This document shows positions 42,822 to 51,649 of a stretch of DNA of 64,000 nt, one piece after another. The position numbers were made by a program, and so were the translations under genes. Location of the stretch: the NCBI GenBank assembly GCA_902788705.1, contig CADALE010000009.1:1428-65427 (forward strand), read 5' to 3'. Source of the stretch: an uncultured Coriobacteriaceae bacterium (GTDB lineage: Bacteria; Actinomycetota; Coriobacteriia; Coriobacteriales; Atopobiaceae). The notes under the pieces are model-generated. The model did not search any database. It was not told the origin of the DNA and worked only from the letters and a program-made list of their open reading frames with translations. Position 1 is the first letter of the stretch. Each line of letters opens with the position of its first letter.

Positions 42822-44780
42822 TTAGAAGGCGCCGCCTCCGCCGCCTCCGCCAAAGCCGCCCCCTCCACCGCCGGAGAAGCCGCCGCCACCGCCACCGCCA
42901 CTGCTGTCAGAGGAGGCGGCCAGCTTGGCCGCACCCACGGAATGCGCGGAGGACGCGGCCTCGGTGAACGAGCTCACGGGAGACCTTGCGCTGCTGGCGT
43001 AGTACCAACCGTAGGTAGACGCAAGGTAGGGATCGTCCAGAACCTGCGGAGCTGCCACGCGAAGCTGCCTGATTACCTCGTCCGACACGCCAAGCACCAC
43101 AGCCATCACCAGCAGGCGATTCCACAGCACGACGTCCTGCGGCACGGCCTCCTCAAGGCGCGTGAAGTCCTTCAGCCAATTCTTCAGGGCCTTGAGCTTT
43201 GCCTTGAGCTCAATCGCCTCCTGCGACTCCTTCTTCGTCCTTCCTGCGATGACGAACAGGGCGAGACCCGCAAGCATGCATACCGAAGGAATGACGAGAA
43301 TCTGCAGGAACGAGGCGTCAAACATGATGAACAGCACGAAGGACGCTACAGAGATTACGATGTTCAGGATACCGAGGGCGATGAGCAGCCCGCGTCCCGA
43401 CTTCCGGTCATCGGTGAAGAACCCGCGGACCCTGCACGTGGCCTCGACCGTGTTCATCCAGCTTTCACGATAGCCCTCGAAGCTCTCCGGATACTTGCGG
43501 GCCACCTTTTCGAGGCTGCCAAAGAAAAGCGTATCAGCGTTGTCGGTGACGCGTGCCGACAACCGCAGCAGGCGGTCGAACATCAGCCGCATCGTCTCGA
43601 AGTCGATGAGCTCGGCGTTCGTCTCGTGGTCGGTGCGTTCGGGCCACCGAAGCGCTGTGAGGGCGTAGTCCTCCTCCATCTTCTCGCGACCAAAGAGGCC
43701 CTTCTTGGTGGTCTTGACCAGCTCAAGCTTGGCAAAGCCCCCGTCGGTGAGGCGCATGAGCGACGCGGTGAGGCACTCGTCGGTGGGATGGCCGCCCTCG
43801 AGCAGGGCCCCGAGCACTGCCGGGTGGTCGTCAGACGGGACGTCGCGGAAGTACTTGTCGTCAAACTGAGCCTTATGCGAGCGCTTATAGGAACCCCAGG
43901 CAGTCAGTGCGTAGAGAAGCGAGAGCAGGGGCACTGCGGCAGAGATGCCCGTCGACCCCATGACGGCCACGCGCGCACGGGCACGCCGCGCGTTTGCCTC
44001 GTCGGCCCATTGCTGTTCCTCGGCAAGGATGGTGTCAAGCTGCGCGTACCCAACCGACTCGGTCTCGGACAGCCACTCCGCCGGGAAGGTGATGCGAGCC
44101 TCGGCGAACTCCGACGTGCCGACGCCCGGCACCTCATAGACGACGTCGCCGTTCGAGAATCCCAGCGAGGCATCCAGCGGCCCGTGGCCCCACGCACGCA
44201 CATTGTCTCCGCCAATCACTTCCTGACCCCCTGGAACGGGAAGCTTCACGACGCAGGTAACGTTCTGAGACTCGACGTCCCACCCATCCGAGACGAACTT
44301 CCAGTACAGCTCGGACGTGTCGTCATACCGCGTGGCCAGGTTCGTGTCGCGGTAGATGAGGGCAAACTGTGCCTTCTCGTCCTCGTGCGAGGAATAGAGC
44401 TTCACCTGCACGTAGGTTGAGTTCTGCTCAAGCTCGTAGGTATGCTCGGCCCCCGAGTAGCCTTCCTCGAACTCGACATAGGCCCCATCGATGATCTCGC
44501 CGACGGAGAGCACCGACGTCTCGATCTGGCGACCCTGGTAGTACCCCGTGGGAATCTTCCAGTAGACGCCGTGGAACGACCCGTCGAAGTCGAACTCGCG
44601 CACCTCCTTGACCGACAGCGAACCGTCGGTACCCACCGTGGCCTCGATGTCCACCTGGTCAATCGAATAGTCGCGCGCGAGGGCAACGCGAGGCCCAAGG
44701 AAGAGCACCGCAAACGCGAGGGAAAGCGAGATCAGGAGCCGAGCCATGCGCGGCCTCATGGTATGCATGCCACCCATCAT
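42822..44780 (-). CDS. DUF2207-family membrane protein with a poly-Gly C-terminal tail
   Basis: Signal peptide, then DYSIDQVDIEATVGTDGSLSVKEVREFDFDGSFHGVYWKIP (DUF2207 N-terminal pattern), three TM helices, and a tail SSGGGGGGGFSGGGGGGFGGGGGGGAF. The ATG at 44780 (Met19 of the track ORF) follows GGAGGTG. Confidence 0.8.
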   Translation of the reverse strand: MMGGMHTMRPRMARLLISLSLAFAVLFLGPRVALARDYSIDQVDIEATVGTDGSLSVKEVREFDFDGSFHGVYWKIPTGYYQGRQIETSVLSVGEIIDGAYVEFEEGYSGAEHTYELEQNSTYVQVKLYSSHEDEKAQFALIYRDTNLATRYDDTSELYWKFVSDGWDVESQNVTCVVKLPVPGGQEVIGGDNVRAWGHGPLDASLGFSNGDVVYEVPGVGTSEFAEARITFPAEWLSETESVGYAQLDTILAEEQQWADEANARRARARVAVMGSTGISAAVPLLSLLYALTAWGSYKRSHKAQFDDKYFRDVPSDDHPAVLGALLEGGHPTDECLTASLMRLTDGGFAKLELVKTTKKGLFGREKMEEDYALTALRWPERTDHETNAELIDFETMRLMFDRLLRLSARVTDNADTLFFGSLEKVARKYPESFEGYRESWMNTVEATCRVRGFFTDDRKSGRGLLIALGILNIVISVASFVLFIMFDASFLQILVIPSVCMLAGLALFVIAGRTKKESQEAIELKAKLKALKNWLKDFTRLEEAVPQDVVLWNRLLVMAVVLGVSDEVIRQLRVAAPQVLDDPYLASTYGWYYASSARSPVSSFTEAASSAHSVGAAKLAASSDSSGGGGGGGFSGGGGGGFGGGGGGGAF

Positions 44781-44859
44781 CCGAGCACCTCCGAACAGAC
44801 AGCTTGGGACACACGTACACTCAGAGGAAAGCATACCAAACTGGGCAAGGCTCTGTTAC

Positions 44860-45441
44860 CTAAGCCACAGGCGCATCATCAAGCAAGGACACGAGAGTCA
44901 TGAGCGTCCCACACACATTGATGGTGTCACCTGCAGAAAGGTGTCTTGAGCCAACCACCTCCCTACCCTTGAGCACGATGGGGTTGGTTGCCCCGCAGTC
45001 CTCCACGAGCGCCCCGTCGCCTTCGTATGAGATGCGGGCGTGGAGCGCCGAGACCGCCCTGGAATGCAGCACCACGTCGTTCGTGGGCATGCGGCCCACC
45101 AGAAGCCCTTGCCTCGGAAGAGGCACCACCACGTCCACATCGCCGGTCTGCACGAAGAGGGCGAGGCCCTGCTCCCCAAGCGCGGTGGCGCCATCCCTCC
45201 ACCTGTCGACCGCGCCCACCTGACCGACAAGCGATGCGCCATGCGGCAATGGCTCGGCGTCGTCGACCATAACCTCGGGCAACCCCGAGGGCACCTTCCG
45301 CGACCTCGAGAAGTCATAGAGACAGCCGTAGCAGATGTCCATGTCCTCGAAGAGCACCTGGCCGCACTGCGGGCAGGTCTTCGTCCTTGGTACCTCGCAG
45401 CCCTCTACCTCGTCCAATGCGTCAAGCACCTGCTCCATCAT
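44860..45441 (-). CDS. Zinc-ribbon + FHA domain protein
   Basis: N-terminal CPQCGQVLFEDMDICYGCLYDF (CxxC...CxxC). C-terminal LLVGRMPTNDVVLHSRAVSALHARISYEGDGALVEDCGATNPIVLKG (FHA G-R, S-x-x-H, N). AGGAGGGA RBS before the ATG at 45441. Confidence 0.8.
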   Translation of the reverse strand: MMEQVLDALDEVEGCEVPRTKTCPQCGQVLFEDMDICYGCLYDFSRSRKVPSGLPEVMVDDAEPLPHGASLVGQVGAVDRWRDGATALGEQGLALFVQTGDVDVVVPLPRQGLLVGRMPTNDVVLHSRAVSALHARISYEGDGALVEDCGATNPIVLKGREVVGSRHLSAGDTINVCGTLMTLVSLLDDAPVA

Positions 45442-45913
45442 CCGCTCCCTCCTGATCGTTAGCATCAAACTGCAGCCGAATGCGCATGCGCTCGCCAACA
45501 TGGGGCCATGGTCGTGACGAGGCTGGCCGCTCGATCACATGCCTGGCCCTGTGCGATGACACCACGCGACCCGGCGGCACGGCGAGGCAAGCCTTGAGAA
45601 CCGCCCCGTCATCGTCAACAAATACCAGGTCGATGGGATAGACCATCCCAAAGGTGTGGATCGACCGACAGCCCACCAACATGACCGGTCGTGCCTGGTC
45701 ATCGCTGCCCAGAAGGCCTCGCAGGCGCTCTCCCCAGCTTGCGAGAAGGCGCACGTCCATATCGTGGACCTCCCGTGACTGCCCATCCGTGGGCCGACCG
45801 CGAACGCCCTCCGTGGCCGTGCCACCCAATCCTCCCAAGCTGAGGATGCCCTCGCCCATCCCTTTTGTCTCCCCTCTGGGCATTCCCGCTGCCCCACATG
45901 CCAAACGACTCAT
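45422..45913 (-). CDS. DUF192 (COG1430)-like protein
   Basis: ASWGERLRGLLGS...PVMLVGCRSIHTFGMVYPIDLVFVDDDGAVL matches the DUF192 pattern (RxxGLmg...h.~gM.fplD..f.d). The start at 45913 makes an ATGA overlap with the upstream stop; an alternative ATG is at 45760. Confidence 0.65.
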   Translation of the reverse strand: MSRLACGAAGMPRGETKGMGEGILSLGGLGGTATEGVRGRPTDGQSREVHDMDVRLLASWGERLRGLLGSDDQARPVMLVGCRSIHTFGMVYPIDLVFVDDDGAVLKACLAVPPGRVVSSHRARHVIERPASSRPWPHVGERMRIRLQFDANDQEGADDGAGA

Positions 45914-46389
45914 AGGACCACCCCCGCCCTAAAGCGGTCCACCACAAGCTCTCGCTCGTGCACAAGCGCGACGGGGCTTTGGTAGGCGACGCCCACCAGC
46001 ACGAACGACGAGGGCCACGGCACGTACCGAAGCGTGCACGTGAACCTGGTGAGCAACGGGGACACCGGAAAGGTCAGCCCCTCGCCACCGGCTCCGCCCT
46101 GTCGTGCCGAGCTGGCCTGCACGCTCACCTCGCAACGCGGCGACGCAAGGGCCTCGCGGATGCAGGAGGCCACCTCCTCGGTAGCCACGCCCTCCACCTG
46201 CATTCCCGCCGGCGCCACACCCTGCGAGACGATGGCGTCAAGCGCGACGCGGTCGAAGGTGGCGCAGAGGCAGACGAACTGCATCAGGTTGAGCACCGTG
46301 AGGGCGACCACGATGACGACAGGCACCAGCACGGCAAGCTCCACCACCATCTGTCCGGATTCAGACCTCAGCCCTCCCATCGCCCTCAT
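45910..46389 (-). CDS. TadE/TadF-like pseudopilin
   Basis: N-terminal ...SESGQMVVELAVLVPVVIVVAL is the TadE-type class III signal (G/QxxxE followed by a hydrophobic helix). ATGA overlap with the upstream gene. Confidence 0.75.
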   Translation of the reverse strand: MRAMGGLRSESGQMVVELAVLVPVVIVVALTVLNLMQFVCLCATFDRVALDAIVSQGVAPAGMQVEGVATEEVASCIREALASPRCEVSVQASSARQGGAGGEGLTFPVSPLLTRFTCTLRYVPWPSSFVLVGVAYQSPVALVHERELVVDRFRAGVVL

Positions 46390-48479
46390 GACGCACCGAC
46401 CAGCGTGTCGAGGTCTATCGTGAGTGGTATGCCCCCGCCCTCCACCCCGGGGATGGGCAGCGTCGCGATGGTGATGGTCCCATACCCCAGCTCGTCCAAG
46501 ATACGCACGATTGCCTGGGCGTTGATCTCCTGGGCGCTTTGTGGCAGCTGTGACACGATGCGACGCGCCTGGCCCAGGGTGGTGAGGCCAGCCTTGTCAA
46601 GCACCTGCTGCGAAAAGACCAGCACGGGCTTCCGTACGCTCAGGTCGCAAGGCTCGAGCCCTATGGAGTCTACGATCTGCCCAAGCTTGCCCCGTAGCCA
46701 GCTGGCGGCCTTCTCCCCAAGGAGCGAACCGATGCCATCCACCATCCGGTCGGTAGCGGAGGAGACGTTCTCATACGAAGAGCCATACCCCATCAGGAGC
46801 GTTCCCCAGAGCTCCGTCACCCTTCCCAGCACGTCGAGCGGAGAAGGCACCCTCGAGCGCACCCCATCAAGCAGATGCGCCAGGACCGTGTTGCCGTCAC
46901 CCGTCGAGTCGGGGGCAAGGGTGGCCGCCGAGAGCGCTGCCCCGGGCGGCAGCTCCGAACCCGAGATGAATGATGAGGTGAGCTCTGCAGGTACCATCGA
47001 CCCCTGTTTCCTTACCACCATGCTCACGCATCCCCACGCACCTGCCGGGCAGATGCTGGGACGCTTGAGGGAAAGCGCCTCGATTGCCTGGTCAAACGCA
47101 CTGGCCCCATCTTCGGCAAGCTCCTGCATGCGCGCCTCTGCATCGCGGGCATCGTCGCGAGCCTCCTGATAGTCCCGTGATGCCTGCACGACGATGCGCC
47201 AGTAGTGCTCGAACCCGTTGTCGATGTTGGTCGAGGCATCGGCAACGCTTCCCATCACCGAGACATCCATGCCGCAGACGTCGCAGCGCTCGACCCCACC
47301 TTCCTCCAGCTGCGCCAACGACGCATAGCAGACGCACGGCCCCTCAGCGGCAGGGCACGCGAGCGTGGAGTGCAGCGTCACAACGCCGACGTCCTCAACA
47401 GCCCCCTCTCCCCCTCCTTCGCCGGTCTCCACGACGATCTCGGTACAGGGCCACCGCAGGTCGGTATACAGGCTCGTGTCGCGTACGGTAGCGCTCGTGT
47501 GAGGAAGCTCGGGCAGCCAAAGGCTTGTCTGCTCATCCGTCTCGATACAAGTAGCGTTGCAGATGGCGTCGTACGCGTACTCATAGAACGCCTGCCTCGC
47601 CGCCGAGCGGCTAAGCTCCTCGGGATCGCTGGACCACGGGGCCTCGTTGCTCGCACGGGTGAGGTAGTAGTTTCTGGCGCGCTGGCACGCAAACGAGAAG
47701 CGCCACTCACCTGCCAGCGGATAGTTAGGGTTGGAGGTCCCATACAGGCCTGCCAACGTCTCGGCACGGCTGCGCATGCACATGGGATCGTCCACGCAGT
47801 CAGCCCGCCAAGCACGCTGCTTGGCCTCGTTGGCACGCTCGAGGGCACGCTCCTTCTGCGCCGTTGCCTCGGCAAGGCGCTTGGCAGAATCCTCCACCTC
47901 GTTGACCTCGAGGGTGTCGGTCAATGCCGAGTAGTCACTCTGCGACTCCTCGGGAAAGGGCACCGCACAGCCGAAGTACTCGATTCCGCCCGTGCAGTTG
48001 GCCGATACGCAGGAGGCGGAGTTGGCCATGATGAGCGCGGGCAGCGCGCGCTCGAGGTGCTGCAGGCCCTGCAAAGCAGTGGTTGAGAAGTCGCGCCGTG
48101 CATTCAGGATGCTCTTACCAACGTCGAGGATGCCCGGAGCATGCGCCTGGAGTCCTGGGACGGCAGACACCACGAGGCCGGCAGCGCTCACCACAAGCCC
48201 CGTAAGTCCCATGCTCAGCACGCAGGCATCCACCACCTGGACCACCGTCGAGAAGGCTGCCACGCAGTTCTCGCCCGCCAGTGCCGTGGCGTCGGCAACC
48301 TCCTGTACGTCGGCGGACCTCGCAAGCGCCCACTCGCCTGCCGCAGCGCTGAACACCAGCGCCAGGGTTACGAGGAGCGCCACCGCAACCGCGACGGTAG
48401 TGTACCCACCATCGTCATCCCTGAAGGTCGCCACGGATAGCACGCAGCGCTCACGACCACATCGAGATCCACGAACCAT
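46386..48479 (-). CDS. Large TadG-like pilus-associated protein
   Basis: N-terminal DDDGGYTTVAVAVALLVTLALVFSAAAGEWALARSADVQEVADATALAGEN resembles the TadG N-terminal domain. The remaining ~600 aa are Cys-rich with no family I recognise. ATG at 48479 after a G-rich RBS. Confidence 0.7.
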   Translation of the reverse strand: MVRGSRCGRERCVLSVATFRDDDGGYTTVAVAVALLVTLALVFSAAAGEWALARSADVQEVADATALAGENCVAAFSTVVQVVDACVLSMGLTGLVVSAAGLVVSAVPGLQAHAPGILDVGKSILNARRDFSTTALQGLQHLERALPALIMANSASCVSANCTGGIEYFGCAVPFPEESQSDYSALTDTLEVNEVEDSAKRLAEATAQKERALERANEAKQRAWRADCVDDPMCMRSRAETLAGLYGTSNPNYPLAGEWRFSFACQRARNYYLTRASNEAPWSSDPEELSRSAARQAFYEYAYDAICNATCIETDEQTSLWLPELPHTSATVRDTSLYTDLRWPCTEIVVETGEGGGEGAVEDVGVVTLHSTLACPAAEGPCVCYASLAQLEEGGVERCDVCGMDVSVMGSVADASTNIDNGFEHYWRIVVQASRDYQEARDDARDAEARMQELAEDGASAFDQAIEALSLKRPSICPAGAWGCVSMVVRKQGSMVPAELTSSFISGSELPPGAALSAATLAPDSTGDGNTVLAHLLDGVRSRVPSPLDVLGRVTELWGTLLMGYGSSYENVSSATDRMVDGIGSLLGEKAASWLRGKLGQIVDSIGLEPCDLSVRKPVLVFSQQVLDKAGLTTLGQARRIVSQLPQSAQEINAQAIVRILDELGYGTITIATLPIPGVEGGGIPLTIDLDTLVGAS

Positions 48480-48918
48480 AGTCACCCCCCAACCACTTTG
48501 GCCTCACTCGCTCCGAGACCGACACCTCAATGACCGTCCCCGCCGAATCGCCCGCACCCAAGGCAGACATGGCCACTCCGAAGAGCGGCAAGAGACGCAC
48601 ATGACCCCTGATGCTCACCGTGGCCGTGCCGCCATCACAGCCAACCCCCACCACCCAGTCATCGCGACCCCCAACGTGAAACGGGGCGACCTCGGGTACC
48701 GCCGCCAGCCTCCGAAGCACATAGTCCTCGCATTCGCCAAGTGACGAGGTGGGAAGCGTAGCCAGCACGCGGGCACTCGAGGCGGCCGCCGAGCACATCA
48801 CCATTCGCGTGTACAGGATGCAAGCCGGCTGAAGCAGCAGGGCGAGCAAGACCATCACCGTGGGAAGCAGGACCGCCGCTTCCACAGTGGACTGGCCCCG
48901 CACGCTACGCCAAGCCAC
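48451..48918 (-). CDS. TadE-like pseudopilin
   Basis: ...WRSVRGQSTVEAAVLLPTVMVLLALLL (G/QSTVE + helix). The track ORF extends to 49176, but that part is R/S/C-rich junk overlapping the flp-like gene. I placed the start at the GTG at 48918, which is uncertain. Confidence 0.65.
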   Translation of the reverse strand: MAWRSVRGQSTVEAAVLLPTVMVLLALLLQPACILYTRMVMCSAAASSARVLATLPTSSLGECEDYVLRRLAAVPEVAPFHVGGRDDWVVGVGCDGGTATVSIRGHVRLLPLFGVAMSALGAGDSAGTVIEVSVSERVRPKWLGGDYGSWISMWS

Positions 48919-48955
48919 ACGCCCATGTTGCGAACCCCCTAGATGCTGAGATGCC

Positions 48956-49183
48956 CTAGAAGAGAAGCAGGTCTTTTGAAGACCCCACCGGGTCCGTGCC
49001 CGAAAGAGCGTGCGGGGCCGAACGGACTGCCTGGCGCAGCAGCGCCCCGTCGCGGACCCCATGCCAGATGAGGCCAAGCGACATGATCGACGCGATGAAC
49101 GCAAAGAGCACGAGGGCATACTCGAGGGTGCCCTGCCCACGACTCCACCTGCCACGGGCCGTGCCATCTGCCCCATGGACCAT
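48956..49183 (-). CDS. Flp-family type IVb pilin-like protein (second copy, long C-terminus)
   Basis: MVHGADGTARGRWSRGQGTLEYALVLFAFIASIMSLGLIW fits the Flp motif G/xxxxEY followed by a hydrophobic helix. GGGAGGG RBS; TGATG overlap with the upstream stop. Confidence 0.6.
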   Translation of the reverse strand: MVHGADGTARGRWSRGQGTLEYALVLFAFIASIMSLGLIWHGVRDGALLRQAVRSAPHALSGTDPVGSSKDLLLF

Positions 49184-49797
49184 CACTTCCCTCCCGCATC
49201 GAGTTCCTTGAGCGCGCGCTCCCACTCGGATACATCCATGTGCACCACCGTCACCTCCGAACCAGCCTCCTTCTGCCTTTGCGAAACCAACCGCACCTCA
49301 ACCCAACCGTCGCCCTGCACAAGGCAGCCCCACGTACCGCCAGTGACTTCGAGATAGCCCGAGCCAACCAAGACGCACGGTTCCCCATCTCGGTAGGCCT
49401 CCAGCGCCTGGGCTGCCTCGTCCTGGAGCTCAAGGGGCGACGAATACCTCACCACCTCATCGCCAAGCAGCTCTGCGGCCGAATCCCCAAGCTCTTCGCC
49501 CACGACGCGGGTGGCCGAGCCGACCGCGTCTGGCACGGCCTGCGCATCGGCAGGCCCGAGCTCCCTACCACGGGGCGTCGTGGGATCCACGATGGCTAGG
49601 GGATGGTCGGCATGGCCAGAGATGCTCACCACACCCCATGCCCCCTCTGCCGCTGGCCGCGTGGCCTCTGGGCCCCACGCAGAGCCTTCCTCCACGTCAG
49701 GCTGGCGCAGGACCCAGAAGGCCGCGAGGGCAATCATGACGAGCGTGGCCAACGCACCCCTTGCCAGGAGCGAGCCCCTTGTCGTCCTTGCCCGCAT
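49183..49797 (-). CDS. Hypothetical N-terminally anchored protein between the two flp-like genes
   Basis: MRARTTRGSLLARGALATLVMIALAAFWVL (one TM), then an acidic soluble domain. No motif recognised. Coding-like GC3. It starts 3 nt after the flp stop. Confidence 0.55.
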   Translation of the reverse strand: MRARTTRGSLLARGALATLVMIALAAFWVLRQPDVEEGSAWGPEATRPAAEGAWGVVSISGHADHPLAIVDPTTPRGRELGPADAQAVPDAVGSATRVVGEELGDSAAELLGDEVVRYSSPLELQDEAAQALEAYRDGEPCVLVGSGYLEVTGGTWGCLVQGDGWVEVRLVSQRQKEAGSEVTVVHMDVSEWERALKELDAGGK

Positions 49798-49800
49798 CGG

Positions 49801-50016
49801 CTACAGCGAGCCGATGCCGCTTGCGATGGCGTCCCACAGCTCCTGGACCCGGCCGCGGAACGTGACGATGGAGAGGATCGCCATGACCACAAGAACCCCG
49901 ACAAGGATTGCGTACTCGGTGGTTCCCTGGCCCGACTCGTCACGCAGCAGGCTCCGAACAGAGCACATGCGCTCGTACATGGGCAAACCCGTGCAGCCAA
50001 TAAACCTCAAATCCAT
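49801..50016 (-). CDS. flp: Flp-family type IVb prepilin
   Basis: ...MCSVRSLLRDESGQGTTEYAILVGVLVVMAILSIV is the classic Flp leader (DExGQ-G/xxxxEY) plus a hydrophobic helix. Start ambiguous: the ATG at 50016 has an AAAGGGG RBS; ATGs at 49980 and 49968 would give the usual short leader. Confidence 0.7.
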   Translation of the reverse strand: MDLRFIGCTGLPMYERMCSVRSLLRDESGQGTTEYAILVGVLVVMAILSIVTFRGRVQELWDAIASGIGSL

Positions 50017-50063
50017 GTTGAACCCCTTTCTCTCGTGCCTTCGGTCCATACCGAAGGCAGCTT

Positions 50064-50714
50064 TCACATGAAGGCGACCGAAGAGCCCAGGAGGGGACCC
50101 ATGATCGACAGGAGCATCGCCGGCACGATGAGCGTGCCAAGCGGGATGAGCATCTTGACCGGGACGCGCTCTATCTCGGCCTCCATCTCGCTGCGTTGCT
50201 CGTCACGGATGGCCTGAGCCTGCAGCTCGAGCGTCTCTACCAGCGGCGCGCCAAAGGCAAGCGACTGGCTGACGGCACTGGCGAACCTCCGCAGCGCCGC
50301 AACGTCCAGCTGCTCGGCAAGCTGCGAGAGCGCGTCGTCGCGGGCCAGGGCACCCATGCGCCACGACAGGAGCGCCTCCCCGAGCGCGTCGGCAAGCCGC
50401 GTGTGGTAGCGCTGGCAGTAGAGCTCGAGCGACGCATCGAACGACAACCCTGCCGACAATCCCAGCGTGACCACGTCAAGCATGGTAGGCAGCTCCCGTA
50501 TGGCGTTGGAGCGACGCTCGGCACGACGGGCGCGCTCGCGAGCCATCCGCACGGGAGGCAGCGACGCGAGGACGGCAAGCGCACGGGAAAGTCCTCCAGC
50601 CGAAGCGGCATCTCGCACGGACGCGATTCCCGGGTACCCCATTGCGACCAGCGATCCCATGAACGTCGAGACCCCGACGGCCATGCCGCAGGACACGAGC
50701 GGGACGTCCATCAC
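50064..50714 (-). CDS. tadC: Type II secretion system F-family protein TadC
   Basis: LPTMLDVVTLGLSAGLSFDASLE...QSLAFGAPLVETLELQAQAIRDEQRSEMEAEIERVPVKMLIPLGTLIVPAMLL is a T2SSF domain. ATGA overlap with tadB. Confidence 0.85.
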   Translation of the reverse strand: MMDVPLVSCGMAVGVSTFMGSLVAMGYPGIASVRDAASAGGLSRALAVLASLPPVRMARERARRAERRSNAIRELPTMLDVVTLGLSAGLSFDASLELYCQRYHTRLADALGEALLSWRMGALARDDALSQLAEQLDVAALRRFASAVSQSLAFGAPLVETLELQAQAIRDEQRSEMEAEIERVPVKMLIPLGTLIVPAMLLSIMGPLLGSSVAFM

Positions 50715-51649
50715 AGCACCCCTTCCATCAACCGACGGATGATGAGCAGCGCAACGCCATCCATCAGCGCAGCTACCAATACGCTTCCCATGCCTGCGGG
50801 GGTAAGGAGCCCATGCTGAAAGTCGGGCGATATCAGCGAGAGCCCAGCTACCATCACGGCAGGCAGCAGGCAGACGATGCGTGCCGACAGGCGTACCTGC
50901 GCCGTCTTAACCGAGAGCAGCCGCTCGAACTCGCCCTGGCGCTCGACCAGCACGGCTGAGCGCTGGAAGAGCGCCATGAGCGGACTGCCCGTGCGCTGCG
51001 AGATGAGCAGCGCCGTGACCAGCAGGCCGATACCCGGGGCATCAAGCTCGCCGATGAGCTTGCCCAGTGCCTCCTGGGCGGTGGACCCGCAGCTCATGCG
51101 CAGTGACGCACGTCGAAACGCCCTGCCAGCGATGCCCCGCTCGTGCGAGCCGACGTAGGCAACCGCCTGGGCAAGCGTCTCGCCCGAGCCGAGCGCGAGG
51201 GACAGCGTCCTGAAGACGCCCGGCATCTCGGATGCCAGGGCCTGTGCCCGCAGCTCATGCTCGTGCGTTGCCCAGAGCGGTATGCCCACGACACACGCAA
51301 GCAGCGGCACCGCACAGCCCACCACCGAGCGGGCAAGCATCGCGCTGAGGCACATGGCCAGCCCAACCGCACACACGAGCGCACCACAGGCGTCCTCACG
51401 TGAGAGGGCCATGGTCTGCGTTCCCAGCACCAGCATGAGTCGATCGCAGAGCTCGGAGACGCTCTCCAGGGCAAGCAGGCTCTCCACCAGCGTGGTGCGG
51501 CCCACGCCACGGGCAACGCGCAGCGCCTTCCTCATGACCACACCCACGACGGCACCCCAGCCAGCCTCCCTCCTTCCGAAGGCCCCGACCAGCACAAATA
51601 CGGCCATCCACGACAGTGCCGCACACGCTATGACACCGCCTCCCGCCAT
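50711..51649 (-). CDS. tadB: Type II secretion system F-family protein TadB
   Basis: EMPGVFRTLSLALGSGETLAQAV...ALLISQRTGSPLMALFQRSAVLVERQGEFERLLSVKTAQVRLSARIVCLLP is a T2SSF domain. The ATG at 51649 follows AAGGAGGAGGTGA. Confidence 0.85.
   Translation of the reverse strand: MAGGGVIACAALSWMAVFVLVGAFGRREAGWGAVVGVVMRKALRVARGVGRTTLVESLLALESVSELCDRLMLVLGTQTMALSREDACGALVCAVGLAMCLSAMLARSVVGCAVPLLACVVGIPLWATHEHELRAQALASEMPGVFRTLSLALGSGETLAQAVAYVGSHERGIAGRAFRRASLRMSCGSTAQEALGKLIGELDAPGIGLLVTALLISQRTGSPLMALFQRSAVLVERQGEFERLLSVKTAQVRLSARIVCLLPAVMVAGLSLISPDFQHGLLTPAGMGSVLVAALMDGVALLIIRRLMEGVL

Noticed and set aside
42523-42825. A 100-aa ORF starting inside tRNA-Phe.
   Set aside because: It overlaps the tRNA, its terminator and the DUF2207 terminator. 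It has no RBS and a non-coding-like composition.
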